A stretch of 64,000 nucleotides of DNA, taken from a virus. The notes beneath the pieces are model-generated. The model was given only the letters and a program-made list of their open reading frames with translations. It ran no database searches and was not told the DNA's origin. Location: positions 315,488 through 379,487 of IMG/VR virus record IMGVR_UViG_3300027896_005002; one strand, 5' to 3'. Positions 58,701 to 64,000 of the stretch are shown here, one piece after another. Each line of letters starts with the position of its first letter. Within the stretch, counting starts at the first letter, position 1. The position numbers were made by a program, and so were the translations under genes.

Positions 58701-59521
58701 TCAGTAGGTTGAAAAAATATGCCTAAAGTATAAATATTTCCAGGATTAATACTAAAAGGATAACTCTCATTTACAGAAAATGGCAAACTAAAATTTATGT
58801 TTGAAACTGTAATTACAACATTTCCTGTGTTCTTAAGTTCAACTTTTTGCTCAATTTTTTGACCAACTTTTGTTTCAAATTTTGATGGTATACTATTTAA
58901 AAATAATGATATTATTGGTTCAATTCCTGCGCCAGAACAAACTATTGGATCAATCAATATATTTGCAGTAAAAGTTAATTGAGCAGCTATAAGTTGCTCA
59001 ACTGTAGTAGGAGTAAAAGTTACAGCAACAACGATAGATTCACCGCTAACAACTTCAAAACTTGTTTGACTAATAGTTATATCAGGATTTAGCAATGCTT
59101 GAATGTTTGTTATATTTAAAATCGAACCATTTGTAGCAATATTAGACACAGTCATTGATAAAGTTAACAATTCACCAATAACAACATCTCCAAAATTAAG
59201 AATTCCTGGATCAATAGATACAATGGGTTCTAATATTACAGCTATTGCATCGATAATAACATCGGGACCAGCATTATTTGAAATAGTTATTGTAGCAGAT
59301 TGATCAGTATTTGCAGTATATACAAATGTAATTTGCACCCAGTCATAAGCAGCAATAGTAAAAGGTACAGCATTAGTATTAAAATCTACACTTGAAATAT
59401 TTATATTAGTGATATCAACGGGATTATTACTAGTATTATATAGCGACAATATTTTTGATGCCGAATATCCTTTAGATACTGGGTCAAAATCAATTACAGT
59501 TAATGATGGTGTTACACTCAT
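55712..59521 (-). CDS. giant adhesin-like protein with repeated Ig/ASH (choice-of-anchor-D-like) domains, an FN3 domain and a Cys-rich C-terminal region
   Basis: Repeats of L.FG.V.IG....L.I.N.G...L.I..I......F.......G.S...V.F.P. A VTAVSGSSKVIVRWELPE block is FN3-like. About 20 Cys are clustered near residues 1000-1100. Confidence 0.45.
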   Translation of the reverse strand: MSVTPSLTVIDFDPVSKGYSASKILSLYNTSNNPVDITNINISSVDFNTNAVPFTIAAYDWVQITFVYTANTDQSATITISNNAGPDVIIDAIAVILEPIVSIDPGILNFGDVVIGELLTLSMTVSNIATNGSILNITNIQALLNPDITISQTSFEVVSGESIVVAVTFTPTTVEQLIAAQLTFTANILIDPIVCSGAGIEPIISLFLNSIPSKFETKVGQKIEQKVELKNTGNVVITVSNINFSLPFSVNESYPFSINPGNIYTLGIFFQPTDDALVDQDIVVQSNSLNDLSIHVTGQGIYPQILVDTSDINFGNQPTNIESKHILSIQNINSVDLIVSIQLISDVFVISPISAIVLANNFYNFDVIFKPLDTVSYTAKLRITCDDPINSQIIITITGTGVHKPIIEVEDKILFADTNVKTSSQRTVTINNIGNDTLSVTNISVIDSASSSYSVAGFIPTTIAPGGSAFYSIIFAPSTSGDLLGKIRINSSDIDRPQVDVVLKGLGVVPEGAWESFDLQSMLPKSIISTADAIKNVIDPMKTILKLINSVLSVVKVLLVDTGSALKAILTALSKAIEQYVNDLAASGVYLLPVFPNINYNDPTVEAEPGFAKFLASVGGGSEAFKKRVTDSFDDIFDSKRPQFSESADVGAYIIAIDSGNLVDVINGIKSLQKIFTSIDWQPQVQEPKNVTAVSGSSKVIVRWELPEFITFSISGIFHKQNLIDLVSGFDIYRTQLQSNAIIAQQDYYDTDNKTIISNRGDVIDSQTKQKLKPIGSVKASEYKLRFSNFAVGWSKDVQPAMPLGYEYQDLSVENGTNYYYTIRTTMGSSSGSVLSNEVVGSSKLFAKPSIDSVIFERCANFACNIDKSQTTVIKKLSNVIVKSINRSGIAKQSSNFSVSTKIQINAGFQQVNTFTFTIDDMIDMRYISIRNLSETIRRMKSNDLNFNYDRFIDVETSKIDTNAPGYDRFITVLNDTKLTYGWDLLIARQNNKTILTISDISSIGYQNGDDIYVEYTIKAYSPACRKQNINFDEILCANGVNKQICEQYVNKRCVYDSGNACLNVGYTKLGTKCVPNRLFFDTVLCQDGTIGGEVQYYNKQYRNDPNYCLPTIGNSSGSCAGYTSIEEGVTGTYPNWMNMTAQSLFKPVEDFIKSLEAWVNSELDAIQKGSESVTQFIDLLTVKINTLADFIDQIEKIIDTIKTIFSPNAGFYILRIDVKTGGVERIKAQVKSAIGGPDSGQNGYTAGLVLLIGGPNVDKIQGFLNLFF

Positions 59522-59718
59522 ATTTTTGACTTCAATTCTTTTATTTTGTTATTAAATATTTCATCATCAATTTGAATCACACCTAATTTTTTTAAATTCT
59601 CTAACTTATGTATCAATTGTTCTTGTTCATGTACTAAAGCTTCTTTTAAAGACTTTAATAATGGTTCTAAAATATTATCTTGAAGGCCTAATGATGTTTT
59701 CTTTTCCCAAGTAGCCAT
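59518..59718 (-). CDS. small hypothetical protein
   Basis: 66 aa, with coupled overlaps. Confidence 0.3.
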   Translation of the reverse strand: MATWEKKTSLGLQDNILEPLLKSLKEALVHEQEQLIHKLENLKKLGVIQIDDEIFNNKIKELKSKI

Positions 59719-59720
59719 AT

Positions 59721-60239
59721 TTATCCTTTTGTCAATTCAGCAATTTTCTTTTTAAGTTCAACTATTTCCAATTTAGCTTTCTCTAATTCCGTTTTTTCAT
59801 TTATACATATTGGCAATAATGCATCAGATTGTTCTATTGATAAAGACTCTGGCAACAAATTTTCATCTATCAGGAATGGATCAATTTCAACTTCTTCATT
59901 CATTGCAGCTTGCACATCCATGACTGAATATTCTTTTATTAAAGTTTCTAATTCTTTACCAAAATTATCCATGTCTTGTAGCACATAATTATTATCCATT
60001 ATAGTCGGCATGTTTTTTTCATTTTTTATTGAATATTTTTGACATAATATTCGTCGTTTCTTTTCAAATTCAACTAAAGGTCTTTCAATATCAATTATAA
60101 CAGTCATCTCTTCATGAAATCTTACTTTATTTTTAGAAATAGCTATAGCAAATTTTGTATTAACTTTTTCTTTACTAAAACTATTTATTATTACATGTAA
60201 TTTTTTCAAACTATTTCGACTAATTTTAATCATATTCAT
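59721..60239 (-). CDS. hypothetical protein (C-terminal coiled coil)
   Basis: 172 aa. The C-terminus is ELEKAKLEIVELKKKIAELTKG. Confidence 0.3.
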   Translation of the reverse strand: MNMIKISRNSLKKLHVIINSFSKEKVNTKFAIAISKNKVRFHEEMTVIIDIERPLVEFEKKRRILCQKYSIKNEKNMPTIMDNNYVLQDMDNFGKELETLIKEYSVMDVQAAMNEEVEIDPFLIDENLLPESLSIEQSDALLPICINEKTELEKAKLEIVELKKKIAELTKG

Positions 60240-60243
60240 CTCC

Positions 60244-63200
60244 TTAAATCATTGATTTTAATTCATTAATTTTAGAATTATTATTTGAAATCATGTTTGT
60301 CGCTGTTACAATGTTCTGTTGTTTTTCACCAACTTTATAATAAGACCCAGTTTTCTTATTCAAACGTTTTATCACTTGCTGCCATCTATTATCATAATAT
60401 GATCCTGGATTATAAAAATACAAATAATTTTCAATATTAATTAGTCTAGTAATAACCCAGGGTATCCTACCATTAGGAGAATTATTAATTGCTGCTATTC
60501 TATTACCAATGAGATTAAATCTTGCAATTCTATCACTATCCGTCATTCCCGACATACAATGTACTAAACTACTATAATTATTATTTTCACTTGTAATAGC
60601 AGTTATTAAATCAGGATTTGGATTACCACTATTAATCGGATCATACATACTATTTGAAAGTTCTTGACCCAATACTAATAACTCATTTCCTGCAACAGAC
60701 AATTCTGAACTTGCAATAGTATGCCAACTACTAAAACTAAATGATGGTAATACATACCAACTATTAAAAGTGCCTGATCCAGTTATAGATGTTATATTAA
60801 CAATTAATGTTCCAGGACCTGGATTGTATGATATTACAGTACCTATCATTGTATGAGTATTATCATAATAAATTGTAATCGACTGTCCAAATGACAATGA
60901 TAAAGTAGAATTAACATGTAACGTCTGACTACCAGTTGAAATTAACAGTGATGTATTACTTGTAGATAATAATAATAATGTATGTTCAGATTGTAAATAT
61001 CCTAATTCAGGATAAACTAAAAAATTATAAAAAACATTCCAATAATCATATGACCCTGAACCTACAGTTGATGTTATGTTAACAACTAAACTTCCATTTA
61101 AAGGATTATAAGATGTCACTGTGCCAATCATTTCATTTGAACTAGTATTTGCTAGAACAATATACTGTCCTGGATTTATTATTAATCCTAAATCAACTGT
61201 TATTAAAGTTTTTGTTCCTAAACCTATTGTCAATGGTGTTCCTGATAAAGTAAATGAACATTCTTTAAGACTATTGACAGTATAATACGGTGGCTGATAA
61301 TTAAATACTTGTTTTTGTACAAATTGCGGAATTTCTGACATACTAAAAAAATCAGCACCAGAAAAAGTTACAGAATAATTTGCTGTAAAAGTTCCCGGTC
61401 CTACTAAATCAACTTCTGAAAAACCTAAATATCTTGCCATGCTAAAGGCTTTATTTGATCCTGAACCAAATAAAAATGAACCTGCTGTAAGGGTTATAAT
61501 AAATTTTGATAATGATTGTTTATATTGAACAGTACAAATTGGTATAGTATCCTGAATTAATGTTGCTAATTCTGATTCAGAATAATTACCATAAGCGAAT
61601 GCATAAGGTCCTATAGGTATATCAATAATATTATTACCACCATCAATTTTTAATTTTCCACCATATAATCTTGGTTGCCCTAAACTAGCAGTATCGTATT
61701 CATTTGTCGTTTGTAAAACCAAACCTGTATTTAAAACATCTGTTGATATGATCATCGGATTTTGTATTGAAAGTAATGAATAACATGAATGCCAATAATC
61801 AGTTGTTAAATCTGAACAACTAAATCCATTACTATTTAGAAAATCATACAAAGCTTTTATTGTATCATATGATGTCTCATTATTTCTTACTTCTGTTGGT
61901 GTTACCATTCCAATAAAAGGACTTAAATCTCTAAGAGGATCTTCTGCAGCTAAAAATTGTATTGACGACGTCGGACCAAAAGTCGGAGAATACACTGTAA
62001 ATTTATTATTTGTAGTATAATAATCACATTCAACATCAGGTACAGACTCCCGAATTTTACTTTGAATCAATACTGCTAATGCAGAACCATTATTTGCCTG
62101 TGCGGGCTTCAATAAACTATCAGTAAAATCCCATCGCCAATCAGAACTGAAATCATCTAAAGCATACCCTAAATTATTGTTAAATTCTGGTTTTCTAATA
62201 TCACCATAAGTAAATTCTAATCTATATACATTACCATCAATATTTACTTTCAATTTATTATTAGCATATCTACCGATAATTTGTTTTTGATTGTCAAATC
62301 CCATTAAACTTGATAATTCAATTGTTGAAACTATCCAATACCTATAAACTTGTGATGGAGGACCTGAAGAAACAATGCTTGTAGCATTTATTGCTATTTC
62401 TCCATTTATAGGATTATATGAAATAATATTGCCTCTCATAAAATTCAAATTGTCATAAATAATATCAACCATTTCACCAACAAATAAAGTTGTCAAATTC
62501 TTTTCAACATTAAATATTCGTAATCCAATATTTATTGTAAGTGCAGAATCAGAAATTGTCAATATTTTTCTATTTATTATCCAATTACTATACATTCCAG
62601 AACCAATCACAGTTGTAATATTAACAATTAATTTGCCTGTGACTGGATCATATGATACAACACTACCGACCATTCTATTATTTTCGTCATTAAATAATTC
62701 AACAATCGAATTTACAGGAAATATTAATTTAGTATCTACAGTTAAAGTCTGTTGTTCTGCTACTAATGCCAAAGTATCAAAAGATTGTATTGTCTTATTT
62801 ACAATAACTTGTGCTGTCGATGTCGGACCAACATTACTTGATGCAATTGTAAAAGTTTTTGCTGAACTATTATAAATACATTTTGCATCTGCAAAACCAG
62901 CAGCACCTAATGCTAATGTAATTTGTCCGGCTAAAGCATCAGCTGCAATATCTGATTTACCACTTAAAGCATTTAAAATATCTTCAGTATAAACTTGAAC
63001 ATCAGTATCAATACCGCCATCAAAATTAACAGTTATGAAATTATTACTATTATAAATTGTATAACTTAATGGTACATTTCTATATGTTGTTGTTGACCCA
63101 TGTCTATCTCTAGTCCACAATTCAAAATTGGGACTAGTTATATTACCTGAAACATTATAAGCTCGAGAAGAAATAATAGGAACATTTATTGGCGGAGTAG

Positions 63201-63960
63201 TTGCTATAAATCTACTATCATTTATAGTGATTCTAACATCAAACGTTGTACTAATAAAAGATGCTCTTGCTGATCCTTGATATATCCAATGTATTGTTCT
63301 TATAACATTACTATTATTGAATGCTAGTACTCTTACTAAAATTCTATCAGTTACAAGCAAAGAAATATCTGAAGAAATAATATAATTAACAATTTCATTT
63401 TGTGCAGACAAAGATGACACAGCAGTAATAGCTGATGTAGAATCTGTAATAAATAATGAAGTTATTATTCCATTAACATCTATTTTACAAACTTCAAATT
63501 TTACAGTTACTATTCCAATACTTATTGAATCAACCCAAAACCAACCATTAAAAGTCCAAGTTCCAGCACGTATAACATTATTGTTAGTAAATGTTCGTCC
63601 AGGAAAATCTATAGCAGTTATATAATTTTCAATTACATCACCACTATTGTCAATATTGATGATTTCAAATGATCTATCTTGTTCTACACCAAATGCTATT
63701 CCTTCAGTAAATTGTTTATTGTTAATAACAAAAGTAACAAATGATTTTCCTGTATCTTCATATGTTAATATAGTACATGCGCTTAAAATTAATTCCAAAT
63801 CATTGACAACTATCACTGTATAAATACCATCATTTAATGATGAATTTGTTACTTTAAGTCTACATTGTGATATCCAACCATCTTGAATAAAACTACCTGA
63901 TCTTCTAGTTATTATATTTGGATGTATAAATTTTACTTTGTTTACATTTGCCTCGGACAT
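60244..63960 (-). CDS. giant structural protein (1238 aa) with at least 4 copies of the SYNP.(T/N)G.L.VN.TS..GSG repeat
   Basis: The repeats are IVELFNDENNRMVGSVVSYDPVTGKLIVNITTVIGSGMYSNW, MVDIIYDNLNFMRGNIISYNPINGEIAINATSIVSSG, IVLANTSSNEMIGTVTSYNPLNGSLVVNITSTVGSGSYDYW and ITIYYDNTHTMIGTVISYNPGPGTLIVNITSITGSGTFNSW. Confidence 0.45.
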   Translation of the reverse strand: MSEANVNKVKFIHPNIITRRSGSFIQDGWISQCRLKVTNSSLNDGIYTVIVVNDLELILSACTILTYEDTGKSFVTFVINNKQFTEGIAFGVEQDRSFEIINIDNSGDVIENYITAIDFPGRTFTNNNVIRAGTWTFNGWFWVDSISIGIVTVKFEVCKIDVNGIITSLFITDSTSAITAVSSLSAQNEIVNYIISSDISLLVTDRILVRVLAFNNSNVIRTIHWIYQGSARASFISTTFDVRITINDSRFIATTPPINVPIISSRAYNVSGNITSPNFELWTRDRHGSTTTYRNVPLSYTIYNSNNFITVNFDGGIDTDVQVYTEDILNALSGKSDIAADALAGQITLALGAAGFADAKCIYNSSAKTFTIASSNVGPTSTAQVIVNKTIQSFDTLALVAEQQTLTVDTKLIFPVNSIVELFNDENNRMVGSVVSYDPVTGKLIVNITTVIGSGMYSNWIINRKILTISDSALTINIGLRIFNVEKNLTTLFVGEMVDIIYDNLNFMRGNIISYNPINGEIAINATSIVSSGPPSQVYRYWIVSTIELSSLMGFDNQKQIIGRYANNKLKVNIDGNVYRLEFTYGDIRKPEFNNNLGYALDDFSSDWRWDFTDSLLKPAQANNGSALAVLIQSKIRESVPDVECDYYTTNNKFTVYSPTFGPTSSIQFLAAEDPLRDLSPFIGMVTPTEVRNNETSYDTIKALYDFLNSNGFSCSDLTTDYWHSCYSLLSIQNPMIISTDVLNTGLVLQTTNEYDTASLGQPRLYGGKLKIDGGNNIIDIPIGPYAFAYGNYSESELATLIQDTIPICTVQYKQSLSKFIITLTAGSFLFGSGSNKAFSMARYLGFSEVDLVGPGTFTANYSVTFSGADFFSMSEIPQFVQKQVFNYQPPYYTVNSLKECSFTLSGTPLTIGLGTKTLITVDLGLIINPGQYIVLANTSSNEMIGTVTSYNPLNGSLVVNITSTVGSGSYDYWNVFYNFLVYPELGYLQSEHTLLLLSTSNTSLLISTGSQTLHVNSTLSLSFGQSITIYYDNTHTMIGTVISYNPGPGTLIVNITSITGSGTFNSWYVLPSFSFSSWHTIASSELSVAGNELLVLGQELSNSMYDPINSGNPNPDLITAITSENNNYSSLVHCMSGMTDSDRIARFNLIGNRIAAINNSPNGRIPWVITRLINIENYLYFYNPGSYYDNRWQQVIKRLNKKTGSYYKVGEKQQNIVTATNMISNNNSKINELKSMI

Positions 63961-64000
63961 TACTGTTTGATCAAGTATTAGATATAAATCATTAACATTT

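Noticed and set aside
37141-63960. Diversity-generating retroelement or CRISPR array near the fibre genes
   Set aside because: There is no reverse transcriptase ORF, no template/variable repeat pair and no regular short direct repeats with spacers anywhere in the window.
1-64000. Giant eukaryotic virus (Mimiviridae-like) origin, suggested by AT-richness, tRNAs, the glycosylation cluster and fibre proteins
   Set aside because: The gene organisation is prokaryotic: SD sites, ATGA coupling, DnaB/DnaC, Cas4, RtcB, a P2 gpH domain, a T4-like CTS and a GIY-YIG/NUMOD3 HEG. There is no mimivirus-type AAAATTGA promoter pattern or D5 primase.
1-64000. Recoded stop codon (for example TAG to Gln, as in Lak megaphages)
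   Set aside because: Long uninterrupted ORFs with tight packing are obtained under the standard code. ORFs end with TAA, TGA or TAG at sensible gene boundaries.

Overview
This 64 kb window is AT-rich (roughly 27-30% GC) and reads like part of a very large tailed-phage (jumbo or megaphage-like) genome, not a cellular chromosome. The main evidence for that call: genes are densely packed, mostly on the minus strand, with ATGA-type start/stop overlaps. Strong AGGAG Shine-Dalgarno sites precede many starts, which suggests a low-GC, Firmicutes-like host. The window contains a tRNA island with 4 tRNA genes, one split by a ~199 nt intervening sequence. It contains a phage-type replication module: a DnaB helicase, a DnaC-like loader and a putative initiator. 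Auxiliary genes include a Cas4-like nuclease, an RtcB RNA ligase and a bona fide trigger-factor homolog. An ~8 kb glycan-biosynthesis island carries glycosyltransferases, two TylF-like O-methyltransferases and an SDR epimerase. There is a free-standing GIY-YIG/NUMOD3 homing endonuclease. A ~27 kb block holds five giant virion fibre/adhesin-like proteins of 1238-2127 aa. These are built from right-handed beta-helix, PKD, FN3, CHB_HEX_C-like and Ig/ASH-like domains plus two repeat families I cannot place in a known family. A small protein carries a P2 gpH-like tail-fibre attachment domain. The most striking signal is a family of at least 7 otherwise unrelated proteins that start with a conserved module 'MKHLAxIQSEF(L/V)KE', in some members followed by a basic ~45-aa extension. 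The module resembles the phage T4 capsid-targeting sequence (MKTYQEFIAE), which is cleaved at (L/I)xE sites. The carriers include an M17 leucyl aminopeptidase, an FtsK-like ATPase and a small basic protein. I propose it is a virion-packaging or ejection signal marking a set of injected proteins. No CRISPR array, reverse transcriptase or rRNA was seen. All assignments are from motif reading of the supplied translations; no database search was possible.
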